Under the pieces are notes generated by a model that saw nothing but the letters and a program-made list of their open reading frames with translations, ran no database searches and had not been told where the DNA came from. This document shows positions 17,731 to 27,819 of a stretch of 64,000 bases of DNA, in pieces. The position numbers were made by a program, and so were the translations under genes. The stretch comes from Desulfobacterales bacterium (GTDB lineage: Bacteria; Desulfobacterota; Desulfobacteria; Desulfobacterales; UBA5616): positions 93,558 to 157,557 of the forward strand of contig JAWODC010000070.1 in NCBI GenBank assembly GCA_046483495.1, given 5' to 3'. The stretch's first letter is position 1. Every line of letters starts with the position of its first letter.

Positions 17731-20424
17731 TTATTCCTCTTCCCATATCGGCGCAATTCGAAAAAGGCCTTCTTTTGCCAGGGGTATCTTATTTTCCAGG
17801 TAGCTCTCCTTTGCACCCCCCGGAAGTGCAAATGCCATGTCATACCACCGTCCTTCAGCGGCAGGCCCCGGCAGGCTGAAACCGGCGGAAAAGGAAGCCA
17901 CTGCAGCCGTGAGGTATTCAGCCAGCTTCTCCAGCGTGTTTTCCGGCTGATCGAGTGTCAGCATACAGTCGGGGTTACGCGTATACAGCAGGCGTGCTTC
18001 CACTTCGGGTCGGGTGGAAATCAGCGCTTTGACCGCATAGGCGTACAGGCATCGCTGAAGCTCGGACCCGCCATCGAGCTGCGGCGGCTTGCTCCTGGGC
18101 CTGCCGGACTTGTAATCGGTGACACGGGCCTTGAGGCGGTCCGCAGAGAGGTCCAACCGGTCTATGGAGCCGCCGATGAATATGCCGGTGCCGTCAATGA
18201 TGACGGGGGCCAGGGGATCCCATGGCAGATCGGATCGGGAGGCATCATCGAGCAGCCGGGCGCGCCGGTCGCCGCCGAAAGGGATTTCCGCCCAGCTTTG
18301 CTGGCCGGGCAGCGGTTCTTCCTCGTACAGCAGGGCGGTTTCGGCCAGTTCCATGGCCTCTGCAATCTTGCGCTGCCAGACGATCGGCGGCGGTACGGGA
18401 AAGTGCCTCTCCCATGAAGCCGTTACTCGTTCTGCGGCGTCTGATACGGCTTTAGAGATACCGGCAAACGAAGCCCGTGCAAAACCGCCTTTTTGTGAAG
18501 CTTCCAATCGGTCGATGCATTCCTGTAAAATTTCATGCAGCAGGTTGCCGAAAGAAGCGGCATCGAGTTTCATCGGCTCGTCCAACTCCCGGGGTTCAGA
18601 CCAGCCGAAGCCGTATGTCCAGAGATACCCCAGCGGGTCACGCAGCAATTTTACAAGTGAGGACGCCGACTGAATCCGGTCCAGTGCCCGCAGAAGAAGA
18701 GGATGATGAGAAGGCATCAAACCATCGTGAGGGGTAAGCTGTTCCCGGTGCCAATCGATCCATGCCGTCCCGGCCGACCGGGCCACCGGCATTTTGGAAA
18801 ACTCGGCGGGTCGCGCAAAGAGACGGTCCGTAACGCCGGCGGCATGCTCCGGTTTCCGGCTCTGGGCCAGGTGAATCTCCCGAACTTCTCGGGGATAGAG
18901 CGGCGAAATGCCGCACATGCGGCCTTCACTGTCCCGCCGGGGCCTCGAGCAGACCAGTTCCCGTGATGTCAGGGCGCAAATGGATTCGAAGTCGCGCCCA
19001 TCGGCGATGTGAACGGGAAGGGGGTTGAGCCTTTCACCGGGAATGATATGGTCCGGCAGCAGCGGATCTTCACCCGCTCTTCGAGGCCATGACCGCATGG
19101 TCAAGCCCACCAGCCATACCAGCGGCCTGGGCTCGGCGGCAAGGGCCGATGCCGGCGTCCAAACGACCGACGTTTCGGGTTCCCGGTTGTCGTCTACCCG
19201 GAGTCCGGCGAGGGTTACATCCAGAGCCGCTGCAGGACCCCGGGTCAGGGCTTTTTGCCAGATGGCCCCCGCCCGGCCTGTCAACAAACGTTGGCCGATT
19301 TCCGCGGCGTCGCCGATTCCCTTGGTGATGGTTGCGATGAGGTTCGACAGCAAAGCCCGGTGATCGGCCCCATCCGGAAAATCTTCCGGCTGAATCGCGT
19401 CAATCTCGTTTTTCCATCGGTTTGCATCGAGTAATGGGGCGTTTTCGGGCAGTGGCCGCCACCAGGTTCCGGGCAGATCCGCGAACTGCGGATTATGTAA
19501 TCTCAAAAGCGCAACGAGCCTTATCATGCGGGTTCTGGAAAATCCGCGCAGCAGGATTTCGGCAAGGGCCGCCGCCAGCTGGCCCTCGGACGTTGAAAGG
19601 GCGGCATGGCCGTGCACGAAATGAATCGGCAGGTTGGTTGCCTCTACCATTGCGAGCATATGATCATCCCAAGGTTCGGGAAATGCAGCGGCGATGGCGA
19701 TGTCATCGGGACGGGCGCCTTCCGATAAGTGCCGCCGGGTCCATCGAACGGCTTCCACGATTTCATGGTGCGGGCCGGCGCAGGATACGGCGCTGACGGC
19801 CGGGTTTTCCGGCCTGCTTGTCTGTACGGCTATGCCGTCCGCCTGCCGCACCCATTCCGGTAATTGGCGGGCCCCGGCTGCCCAGGTGACCCGTGTGTAT
19901 TTGGCCAGGGCGAACAGAAGAGGCCTCCAGACCGGCGGCAGCTCGGTGTGTCCAAGAATATCGATCGGCCCGAAAATCGCGTTTCCAAATCGAGCCCGTT
20001 TCAGGGCAGCCGCCGTGAGATCCGACGGGCGCAGCTGATTCGACGGCAGAAGCTTCAGCACCCGCCGCTCCAGGGCAATCAGCGATTCGAACCGGGCCGC
20101 AGCCGCAGGATCCGTTGTGTTCGCTGTTTCTTCATTCAAATCCAGGCCGGCAAGCCAAACTTTCCACAGCGTCGATGCCGCAGCCCGCTGAAATCCGGGC
20201 AGCCGCTTAATGCCGTCAAGTATTCCCAACGGCGCCAAAAGTGCCGTTGAAACGGCATTATGGAGGTCATCCGGGTCGACAGGCCGCAGAAATCCGCCGG
20301 CCAACCGCGCGGCCATTTGATCGATGGAGAGAATTTGAACGCCATGCGTCGCCCCGGCGGCGGCGCGGGTGCGCCGGGTGCGCCAGGCATGCCGGGTATG
20401 GATGAGAATCGTTTTTCGGAGCAT
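17731..20424 (-). CDS. AddB-like protein: degenerate helicase scaffold plus PD-(D/E)XK nuclease
   Basis: SASSL...DPLGYLW, GNLLHEIL, GSIDRLD, VTDYKSG, LQRCLY; start placed at MLRKTILIH. Confidence 0.85.
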   Translation of the reverse strand: MLRKTILIHTRHAWRTRRTRAAAGATHGVQILSIDQMAARLAGGFLRPVDPDDLHNAVSTALLAPLGILDGIKRLPGFQRAAASTLWKVWLAGLDLNEETANTTDPAAAARFESLIALERRVLKLLPSNQLRPSDLTAAALKRARFGNAIFGPIDILGHTELPPVWRPLLFALAKYTRVTWAAGARQLPEWVRQADGIAVQTSRPENPAVSAVSCAGPHHEIVEAVRWTRRHLSEGARPDDIAIAAAFPEPWDDHMLAMVEATNLPIHFVHGHAALSTSEGQLAAALAEILLRGFSRTRMIRLVALLRLHNPQFADLPGTWWRPLPENAPLLDANRWKNEIDAIQPEDFPDGADHRALLSNLIATITKGIGDAAEIGQRLLTGRAGAIWQKALTRGPAAALDVTLAGLRVDDNREPETSVVWTPASALAAEPRPLVWLVGLTMRSWPRRAGEDPLLPDHIIPGERLNPLPVHIADGRDFESICALTSRELVCSRPRRDSEGRMCGISPLYPREVREIHLAQSRKPEHAAGVTDRLFARPAEFSKMPVARSAGTAWIDWHREQLTPHDGLMPSHHPLLLRALDRIQSASSLVKLLRDPLGYLWTYGFGWSEPRELDEPMKLDAASFGNLLHEILQECIDRLEASQKGGFARASFAGISKAVSDAAERVTASWERHFPVPPPIVWQRKIAEAMELAETALLYEEEPLPGQQSWAEIPFGGDRRARLLDDASRSDLPWDPLAPVIIDGTGIFIGGSIDRLDLSADRLKARVTDYKSGRPRSKPPQLDGGSELQRCLYAYAVKALISTRPEVEARLLYTRNPDCMLTLDQPENTLEKLAEYLTAAVASFSAGFSLPGPAAEGRWYDMAFALPGGAKESYLENKIPLAKEGLFRIAPIWEEE

Positions 20425-20566
20425 TTGGAAACAAACGCGTTTTTCGCAAGCAAATACCCGCAATCGGCGGGTGGGTCAGCGGTTCGGCACTATGAGACCG
20501 TCTTTAGTATATTTAATGGATTTGCGCAAGTTTTTCGCTCTTTTACGAACAGTAAAGATGAACCAT

Positions 20567-20603
20567 AAAAAAAAGGGGCTGCAAGCTTATTGCCTGCAAC
20601 CCC
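20567..20603 (-). terminator. Rho-independent terminator after tRNA-Gln
   Basis: Minus strand GGGGTTGCAGGC / GCTTGCAGCCCC stem followed by 8 T. Confidence 0.8.
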
Positions 20604-20615
20604 TTGATTTCTTTA

Positions 20616-20689
20616 TGGCTGAGGGACCAGGATTCGAACCTGGATTAACGGGGCCAGAACCCGTCGTCCTGCCGTTAGACGATCCCCCA
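20616..20689 (-). tRNA. tRNA-Gln (anticodon CTG)
   Basis: TGGGGGA acceptor strand, anticodon arm ACGGG-TTCTGGC-CCCGT, GGTTCGAATCC T-arm, encoded CCA. Confidence 0.95.
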
Positions 20690-20719
20690 GCAGGTGAAAT
20701 TCCTACATTTAAATTTATC

Positions 20720-20748
20720 TTTTTACATAAAGCCGGAAATCGAGTCAA
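20720..20748 (-). promoter_or_regulatory. Putative sigma70 promoter for tRNA-Gln
   Basis: TTGACT-17 bp-TAAAAA. Confidence 0.45.
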
Positions 20749-20762
20749 GGAAAAACAGGCGA

Positions 20763-22166
20763 TTAACGCCGCTTTTCGATGAATTCGATCGCTTTGTTCA
20801 GACGATGAACCGTTCTTTCTTTTCCCAATACCTCGATGATTTCAAATATGCCCGGACTTGCCGTTTTCCCGGTCAGAGCGACGCGAACCGGTTGGGCGAT
20901 CTTGCCGAGCTTCAGGCCGGTTTCGGCCATAACCTGCCGAAACAGGTCTTCAAGCGCTGCTTCAGTGAACGGCGCCATATTCGCGATGCCTTTGGCCAAA
21001 AGATCCATTGGCGCGGCGGTCTCAGGCTTGAGAAATTTATCGGCCGCTTTTTCCTCGTAGCGAATGTCATCCTTAAAATAAAACGCAGCCCCCTCCGCCA
21101 TTTCGACAAGTGTTTTGCTGCGGGGTTGAAGGGTTTGGATGACCTTGACGAGATAATCCCCCTCTTTTGCCGAAAAGCCCTTGTCCAGGAGGAACGGCAG
21201 CAACGGTTTTTGCAGCCGTTCCGGGCGGGCCGCCTGGATGTGATCGGCATTCAAGGCCAACAGCTTTTCCGGATTGAATATACCCGCTGATTTTCCGATA
21301 TTTTCCAGGGAAAATTTTTCGATGAGCTCGGTAACAGTGAAAAATTCCTGGTCCCCGTAGGACCAGCCCAACCGGACGAGATAATTCAGCAGCGCTTCGG
21401 GAAGGTATCCCATATCCCGGTACGCTGTTACCGACATGGCTCCGTGGCGCTTGCTCAGGCGGGTTCGATCGCTTCCCAGGACCATGGGAACATGGCCGTA
21501 CACCGGCAAAGCCTCACCTAAACCCCCGTACAGCAGAATCTGTTTGGGTGTATTGTTGACGTGATCGTCTCCGCGAATGATCGTATTGATTTTCATCGTA
21601 ATATCATCCACCACCACCGCCAAATGATACGTCGGTGTGCCGTCGCTCCGCTGAATGATGAAATCGTCGATTTCCGTGTTCTGAAAAACGATAGGGCCTT
21701 TAATGACGTCATTGATCGTGGTGGTCCCGGCAAGAGGCGCCTTGAATCGGACCACCGCATCAGGGCTTTGCTCAAGGCATTTTTCGCGGCAGGTACCATC
21801 GTATTTGGGCTTTGTTCCCTCTGCCATGGCTTTTTGGCGCATTGCCTCGAGCTTTTCAACAGAACAGGTGCAGTAATACGCATGGCCGGACGCGACAAGC
21901 TTTTGAATATACTCCCGGTAAAGCTCGAATCGTTGGGATTGAAACCAGGGGCCCTCATCCCAGTCGATGCCCAACCATGTCAGGGCATCGAAAATGGCGT
22001 CAACGGATTCTTTGGTGGAGCGCCGGACATCCGTGTCTTCGATCCGCAGCACAAAACGGCCGTTCATGTGGCGGGCATACAGCCAATTGAAAAGCGCGGT
22101 TCGGGCGCCGCCGATATGCAGATAACCCGTAGGGCTTGGAGGAAACCGGGTAATTACTTTTTCCAT
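20763..22166 (-). CDS. gltX: Glutamate--tRNA ligase
   Basis: RFPPSPTGYLHIGGAR, RIEDTD, RGDDH, LSKRHG. Confidence 0.97.
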   Translation of the reverse strand: MEKVITRFPPSPTGYLHIGGARTALFNWLYARHMNGRFVLRIEDTDVRRSTKESVDAIFDALTWLGIDWDEGPWFQSQRFELYREYIQKLVASGHAYYCTCSVEKLEAMRQKAMAEGTKPKYDGTCREKCLEQSPDAVVRFKAPLAGTTTINDVIKGPIVFQNTEIDDFIIQRSDGTPTYHLAVVVDDITMKINTIIRGDDHVNNTPKQILLYGGLGEALPVYGHVPMVLGSDRTRLSKRHGAMSVTAYRDMGYLPEALLNYLVRLGWSYGDQEFFTVTELIEKFSLENIGKSAGIFNPEKLLALNADHIQAARPERLQKPLLPFLLDKGFSAKEGDYLVKVIQTLQPRSKTLVEMAEGAAFYFKDDIRYEEKAADKFLKPETAAPMDLLAKGIANMAPFTEAALEDLFRQVMAETGLKLGKIAQPVRVALTGKTASPGIFEIIEVLGKERTVHRLNKAIEFIEKRR

Positions 22167-22622
22167 TTTAACAATTCCCGTTTATACACCTAGTTTTTTA
22201 AAGTCAATTAAGGTATCAAAAAATGCATAGCTTAATGAATTTTATTGATTTAATCAAATTAAAATACCTTAATTTATGTTAAGTTATTAGTAATAATATA
22301 TGTCTTTTCGCCGGGCTTGGTAAAAGATGTTCGCCCTAAGCTGAAAACATCATAGAAATTCGGAAATAATTCTGTCAATATAAAGCCCGATCACTTTGTT
22401 ATAAAAAATATTTAAAATTCAAATAATTAAAAAAGTTACGGGGGCTTTTTCTCCCAATAGGTGGACTTCATTACCATATCCTTGAATCAAGTTCAATAGT
22501 GGGAAATTTTTCGGATAAAATTCTTGACTTTGCCCACGTTTTAAATTACTAAACAGTAACTTTTGTTAAGATAGTTAAATCAAACTTATTCATCACTATT
22601 ACAAATAGTTAGGAGATTACTT

Positions 22623-22802
22623 ATGCCATTGCCAAAGCGGAAAACTTCCAAATCGAAACGGGACAAGCGCCGGACCCACCAAAAAACGAGCGCTCCTAAC
22701 GTGACCCGGTGTCCCCAATGCGGAGAATCACGGCTCCCGCATCACGCGTGCCCAAGCTGCGGAACCTACAAAGGCCGTAGTGTCGCCGAAACGGAGGAAT
22801 AG
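22623..22802 (+). CDS. rpmF: 50S ribosomal protein L32 (59 aa, missing from ORF track)
   Basis: MPLPKRKTSKSKRDKRRTH...CPQCG...HHACPSCGTYKG; AGGAG RBS. Confidence 0.96.
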   Translation: MPLPKRKTSKSKRDKRRTHQKTSAPNVTRCPQCGESRLPHHACPSCGTYKGRSVAETEE

Positions 22803-22840
22803 CTGCAAAATCCATTTTTTGAGAACGGCATTTTCAGACC

Positions 22841-22858
22841 TTTTCTGGATGGACACTA
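22841..22858. repeat. Isolated right terminus of the dispersed palindromic element
   Basis: TTTTCTGGATGGACAC-TA matches the element end. Confidence 0.55.
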
Positions 22859-22881
22859 CCAGAAATGATTACGGAGATCAC

Positions 22882-23628
22882 ATGTCTGACAGCGAACAGC
22901 GGATCATTGTCGTCACCGGAGGCTCTCGCGGCATCGGCCGAGCTCTTTGTCTCGCCTTTTCCGATCGGAAGTCCCGGGTGTTTTTCAATTATGCCGCTTC
23001 AGATTCAGCGGCAAGGGAAACAGAACATCGGGCTGCAGAAAAGGGAGGGTATGCCCAGGGTGTTCGAGCCGACGTTTCAACGGAGGAGGACGTAGCCGGT
23101 TTCGTCAAACACGTTTTGGATGTCGCCGGCAGAATCGATGTGCTGGTCAATAATGCGGGCGTCACCCGGGACGGGCTTCTCGTTCGAATGAAGGAAAGCG
23201 ATTGGAGCGAGGTCATCGATACGAATTTAAAAGGAGCCTTTTTTTGCATGAAGGCGGTCGCGAAACCGATGATGAAGCAGCGATACGGCCGAATCATCAA
23301 CATGACCTCCGTGGTCGGCGTCAGCGGCAATCCCGGCCAGGCCAATTACGTGGCTTCGAAAGCAGGCATTATCGGACTGACCAAGGCGGCGGCAAAGGAG
23401 CTTGCCGGTCGGGGAATCACCGTAAATGCCGTTGCGCCGGGATTTGTCGAGACGGAAATGACCCGGGAATTGCCGGAAAAGGCCAGGCAGGCGATGATCG
23501 AGCAGATCCCCGTGGGTAGAGCAGCCGTTCCGGAAGATATCGCCCCGGTAGTGGTATTTCTCGCTTCGGCGGAGGCATCCTATATTACGGGGCAAGTCAT
23601 TCAGGTAAACGGCGGAATGTATATGTAA
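22882..23628 (+). CDS. fabG: 3-oxoacyl-ACP reductase
   Basis: TGGSRGIG, NNAGVTRD, GQANYVASK; context with acpP and fabF. Confidence 0.95.
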   Translation: MSDSEQRIIVVTGGSRGIGRALCLAFSDRKSRVFFNYAASDSAARETEHRAAEKGGYAQGVRADVSTEEDVAGFVKHVLDVAGRIDVLVNNAGVTRDGLLVRMKESDWSEVIDTNLKGAFFCMKAVAKPMMKQRYGRIINMTSVVGVSGNPGQANYVASKAGIIGLTKAAAKELAGRGITVNAVAPGFVETEMTRELPEKARQAMIEQIPVGRAAVPEDIAPVVVFLASAEASYITGQVIQVNGGMYM

Positions 23629-23655
23629 ACGAGTTGGAAAAAAGGAGAAGGATTC

Positions 23656-23883
23656 ATGTCGATTGAAGATAAAATTCGGAAGATTATTGCGGAAAAACTG
23701 AGTGTCGAAGCGAGTGAAGTGGTGCCCGAGGCGAGTTTTGTGGATGACCTTGGAGCGGATTCCCTGGACCTTGTGGAGCTGGTCATGACGATGGAGGAAG
23801 AGTTCGATGTTGATATATCCGATGAAGACGCCGAACAGCTCGTTACGGTTCAAGACGCCATCAACTTTGTGAAATCGCTTTAG
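23656..23883 (+). CDS. acpP: Acyl carrier protein
   Basis: [14 protein letters not shown]. Confidence 0.97.
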   Translation: MSIEDKIRKIIAEKLSVEASEVVPEASFVDDLGADSLDLVELVMTMEEEFDVDISDEDAEQLVTVQDAINFVKSL

Positions 23884-23886
23884 TGT

Positions 23887-24002
23887 GCATCCATCCGGGA
23901 ATGAAGCCACGTGATACTGGTCGAGACGAACACGAATTTTACCTGCATAGGTTCTTTGTCCGACGAAAACACGGAGCGAGTCAGCCGTTTCCGGATAGGA
24001 GT
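23887..24002. repeat. Degenerate, internally deleted copy of the palindromic element
   Basis: CATCCATCCGGGAAT left end; CCGACGAAAACACGGAGCGAGTCAGCCGTTTCCGGATAGG resembles the right arm of the 62361 copy. Confidence 0.5.
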
Positions 24003-24074
24003 TTGTTTGGCAGTTGCGTATACATCAGGTGCCTGTGGTTGCCGCAGGCACCTGACAGACGATAGGAGGTGTTT

Positions 24075-25316
24075 TTGGTAAGGCGTGTGGTAATAACCGG
24101 TGTGGGATTGGTGACGCCCTTGGGTACAGGTGTGGAAAAAACCTGGTCCGCATTATGCGCGGGCAAATCCGGTATCGGCGAAATCACGAAATTCGATGCA
24201 TCCGATTTGGATACGCGTATTGCAGCCGAAGTCCTGGATTTCAATGCGGAAGATTTTCTTCCCAGAAAAGATTCCAGGCGAACGGAAAGTTTCATCGCTT
24301 TTGCCGTGGCCGCCGGCCGAATGGCATTGGAGGACGCCGGGCTGACCATCGATGCCGGAAATCAAGACCGGGTGGGCGTTATCACCGGCTGCGGCCTTGG
24401 CGGCCTGGCCATGCTGGAAAAAACATTCGATATTATCTCCAAGAAGGGCCCAAAGCGGGTGAGCCCTTTTTTTATTCCCATGATCATCGGAAATATGGCC
24501 CCGGGTATGATGTCCATTTACCTGGGTGCAAAGGGACCGAATTCTTCCATTGCAACGGCTTGCGCGGCGGGTACTCACGCCATCGGTGAGGCCTATGAAA
24601 TCGTCAAAACCGGCGCTGCCGACGCCATGATTGCCGGCGGGGTGGAATCCACAATCACCAAAACCGGAATTGCGGGCTTTAACGCTATGAAGGCCTTGTC
24701 CACACGTAACCATGAACCGCAAAAATCCTCCCGGCCCTTTGACCGGGAGCGAGACGGGTTTGTGGTGGGTGAAGGCAGCGGCATGCTGATCCTCGAACCT
24801 CTGGAATCGGCTCTGGAGCGTGGCGCTGACATCTATGCTGAAATACTTGGTTTCGGAATGAGTGGTGACGGTTACCACATGACGGCGCCGGCCCCGGACG
24901 GGGAGGGAGCGGTACGGTGCATGGCGGCTGCCTTGAAGGATGCGGGACTCGCCTGCGACAGGGTCGACTATATCAATGCGCATGGCACATCCACCCAGCT
25001 CAATGATGTGTATGAAACCAAGGCCATTAAAACGGTATTCAAGGACCATGCAAAGGCGCTTCCCATCAGTTCGACCAAATCCATGACCGGCCATTTGCTC
25101 GGGGGCGCCGGAGGGGTGGAGACGGTGTTTACGGCACTCACCATCAAAGAAGGAGTGATTCCGCCCACCATCAACCTGGACGTCCCGGATGAAGAATGTG
25201 ATCTGGATTATGTACCCCATACGGCCCGCAGAGCGGACGTGAATATTGCCATGAGCAACTCTTTCGGATTCGGCGGCACCAACGGGACGTTAATCCTCGG
25301 AAAATATATTGCATAA
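24075..25316 (+). CDS. fabF: Beta-ketoacyl-ACP synthase II
   Basis: TACAAG, INAHGTST, KSMTGHLLG, SNSFGFGG; TTG start chosen from AGGAGG spacing. Confidence 0.96.
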   Translation: MVRRVVITGVGLVTPLGTGVEKTWSALCAGKSGIGEITKFDASDLDTRIAAEVLDFNAEDFLPRKDSRRTESFIAFAVAAGRMALEDAGLTIDAGNQDRVGVITGCGLGGLAMLEKTFDIISKKGPKRVSPFFIPMIIGNMAPGMMSIYLGAKGPNSSIATACAAGTHAIGEAYEIVKTGAADAMIAGGVESTITKTGIAGFNAMKALSTRNHEPQKSSRPFDRERDGFVVGEGSGMLILEPLESALERGADIYAEILGFGMSGDGYHMTAPAPDGEGAVRCMAAALKDAGLACDRVDYINAHGTSTQLNDVYETKAIKTVFKDHAKALPISSTKSMTGHLLGGAGGVETVFTALTIKEGVIPPTINLDVPDEECDLDYVPHTARRADVNIAMSNSFGFGGTNGTLILGKYIA

Positions 25317-25537
25317 TCGATTGCAGAGGAGCCTGCGCATGTGACGTCGATGCTGCGCCGCCATTTTCGACGAATTATCATGAAGCAGGCGGTCCGCCGC
25401 CGCCTTTACCACAAGCAGGATTTTCCCGATCGAGGAATTTCCTGTTTTTTTTCTTGCGGTAATCAAAATATCTATTTATAAAAAAGATTTACCTATAAAA
25501 GCCTGAATGTATATATCGGCAGTGAGGATGCAGGTGG

Positions 25538-25993
25538 ATGATGGATGTGAAAAAGGCTCCCGTGGTTATCGGATGCGATCATGCGGCGTATCCCTTGAAA
25601 GAGATGATTAAAGCGCTTCTGGTGGAAATGGGAATTCCCGTAGAGGATGTGGGAACCTACGGTACGGAGTCGGTGGATTATCCCGATTATGCACTCAAAG
25701 CGGCGGCCCTGGTTTCGGAAAAAAAATTCGAACGCGGCATTTTGTTGTGTGGAACCGGGCTTGGCATGTCCATGGCCGCCAACCGGTTCAAGCATGTACG
25801 GGCGGCTCTTTGCACGGGTCTTTTCTCGGCCGCCATGAGCCGCAGGCACAATGATGCCAACGTGCTGGTTCTCGGCGGTCGGGTTACCGGCGTGGACTTA
25901 GCCCTTGAAATCGTTCGGGTATGGCTGACCACACCCTTTGAGGGAGGCCGCCATCGAAAGCGAATCGACAAATTCGACGGGATTGGGAAGTAG
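25538..25993 (+). CDS. rpiB: Ribose 5-phosphate isomerase B
   Basis: GCDHA, SVDYPDY, CGTGLGM, HNDAN, FEGGRH. Confidence 0.95.
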   Translation: MMDVKKAPVVIGCDHAAYPLKEMIKALLVEMGIPVEDVGTYGTESVDYPDYALKAAALVSEKKFERGILLCGTGLGMSMAANRFKHVRAALCTGLFSAAMSRRHNDANVLVLGGRVTGVDLALEIVRVWLTTPFEGGRHRKRIDKFDGIGK

Positions 25994-26077
25994 TAAGACG
26001 ATTGCAAAAAAGCTCTACAGCAACCGTAGCTATGCATTTGCCTCGTATCACCCAACCCGCAAACCGAAGGAAGAACA

Positions 26078-27331
26078 TTGGACACGAAACTGATTGAGAG
26101 AATAGATCCGGAGATCGCCCATGCCCTGAAAATGGAAAATGAGCGGCAGGAAAACACATTGGAGTTGATTGCATCGGAAAACATCGCCGGACCCGCGGTA
26201 ATGGCTGTTCAGGGCAGCCTGATGACCAACAAGTATGCGGAAGGGTATCCGAACAAACGGTATTACGGCGGGTGTGAATACGTTGATGTGGCGGAGCAGC
26301 TGGCCATATCGCGCGCCAAGGCGCTTTTTGGAGCAGAATATGCAAATGTGCAACCCCATTCCGGTTCCCAGGCGAACATGGCGGTTTATTTCTCCCTGCT
26401 GAATCTGAAAGATACGGTCCTCGGCATGGACCTCGCTCACGGAGGCCATTTAACGCATGGAAGCCCGGCAAGCTTCAGTGGAAAATTTTTCAATTTCGTA
26501 CATTACGGCGTAAAAAAGGAGACCGGCCGAATCGATTATGAACAGGTGGCCCGGCTTGCCGAGACCCACCGGCCGAAACTGATCATCGCGGGAGCCAGCG
26601 CATACCCGCGGATCATCGATTTCAGTGCGTTTTCCGACATTGCACGCTCCGTCGACGCTTATTTTATGGTCGATATGGCCCATATCGCGGGTCTGGTGGC
26701 GGCGGGCTGTCATCCGTCTCCCGTCCCTTTTGCCGATGTGGTCACCTCTACCACGCACAAAACCCTCAAGGGCCCCCGGGGAGGATTGATACTGGCAAAA
26801 CAGGCCTTTGCCGACAGGCTCAACAAGGAAATTTTCCCCGGCATTCAGGGTGGACCGCTGATGCACATTATTGCGGCAAAAGCGTTGGCTTTCAAGGAGG
26901 CCCAGTCAGACGGCTTCAAGGATTACCAGGCCCAGGTGGTGAAGAATGCCGCCAGGCTTTCAGAGCACCTGATGAATTTCGGCGTTTCCCTGGTTTCGGG
27001 CGGAACGGACAACCACATGATGCTGGCGGATCTCAGCGGCTTCAACATTACCGGAAAGGATGCCCAGGATGTTTTGGGCAGGGCCGGCATCACGGTCAAC
27101 AAAAATGCCGTTCCTTTTGAAACGAGAAGCCCATTTGTCACCAGCGGCATTCGCCTGGGGACACCGACCTTGACCTCGCGGGGAATGAAGGAGCCGGAAA
27201 TGGAACTGGTGGCTCGCCTTATCGTCGATGTGCTGACCCATCCCTCGGATGAGACGGTCGCAAAAAAAACGGCGCAGCGCGTCAGAGAATTGTGCCGCGC
27301 TTTTCCCCTCTATGCGGATGACGTTGAATAG
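26078..27331 (+). CDS. glyA: Serine hydroxymethyltransferase
   Basis: [27 protein letters not shown]. Confidence 0.97.
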   Translation: MDTKLIERIDPEIAHALKMENERQENTLELIASENIAGPAVMAVQGSLMTNKYAEGYPNKRYYGGCEYVDVAEQLAISRAKALFGAEYANVQPHSGSQANMAVYFSLLNLKDTVLGMDLAHGGHLTHGSPASFSGKFFNFVHYGVKKETGRIDYEQVARLAETHRPKLIIAGASAYPRIIDFSAFSDIARSVDAYFMVDMAHIAGLVAAGCHPSPVPFADVVTSTTHKTLKGPRGGLILAKQAFADRLNKEIFPGIQGGPLMHIIAAKALAFKEAQSDGFKDYQAQVVKNAARLSEHLMNFGVSLVSGGTDNHMMLADLSGFNITGKDAQDVLGRAGITVNKNAVPFETRSPFVTSGIRLGTPTLTSRGMKEPEMELVARLIVDVLTHPSDETVAKKTAQRVRELCRAFPLYADDVE

Positions 27332-27342
27332 GAGGCGGTGGT

Positions 27343-27819
27343 ATGGGTGAAAAAGACGGCCGGCCGAATTGGGAAACCTATTTCATGGAAATCACGCGAC
27401 TGGTGGCCAGGCGTTCCACCTGCATCAGGCGGGCGGTCGGCGCCGTCATCGTCAAGGATAAACGCATTTTATCGACCGGATACAACGGGGCCCCTTCCGG
27501 TATTCGGCATTGCCGTGAGGTGGGGTGCCTTCGGGATAAAATGAATATCGATTCAGGGCAGCGCCATGAACTTTGCCGCGGCATACATGCTGAGCAGAAT
27601 GCCATTATTCAGGCGGCATACCATGGTGTTTCCATAAAAGGCGCGGATTTGTACTGCACCAACCTGCCCTGCATCATCTGCGCGAAGATGATTATCAATG
27701 CCGGTATTCGAACCATTTATTACGAATCCGGCTACGCCGATGAACTGTCCCGGGAAATGCTGAATGAATCGGGTGTCCTCCTCACGCAAATTATCGTAGA
27801 CAAGGAAAAGGTTGCCTAA
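27343..27819 (+). CDS. dCMP/cytidine deaminase family protein (ComEB-like)
   Basis: RSTC, TGYNG, HAEQNA, PCIIC. Confidence 0.92.
   Translation: MGEKDGRPNWETYFMEITRLVARRSTCIRRAVGAVIVKDKRILSTGYNGAPSGIRHCREVGCLRDKMNIDSGQRHELCRGIHAEQNAIIQAAYHGVSIKGADLYCTNLPCIICAKMIINAGIRTIYYESGYADELSREMLNESGVLLTQIIVDKEKVA

Noticed and set aside
1..20615. Integrative element or prophage at tRNA-Gln
   Set aside because: No integrase, phage or conjugation genes, and no duplicate of the tRNA 3' end seen in the window
22780..22881. Longer fabG start from the ORF track
   Set aside because: Overlaps rpmF and a repeat remnant; ATG 22882 has an RBS
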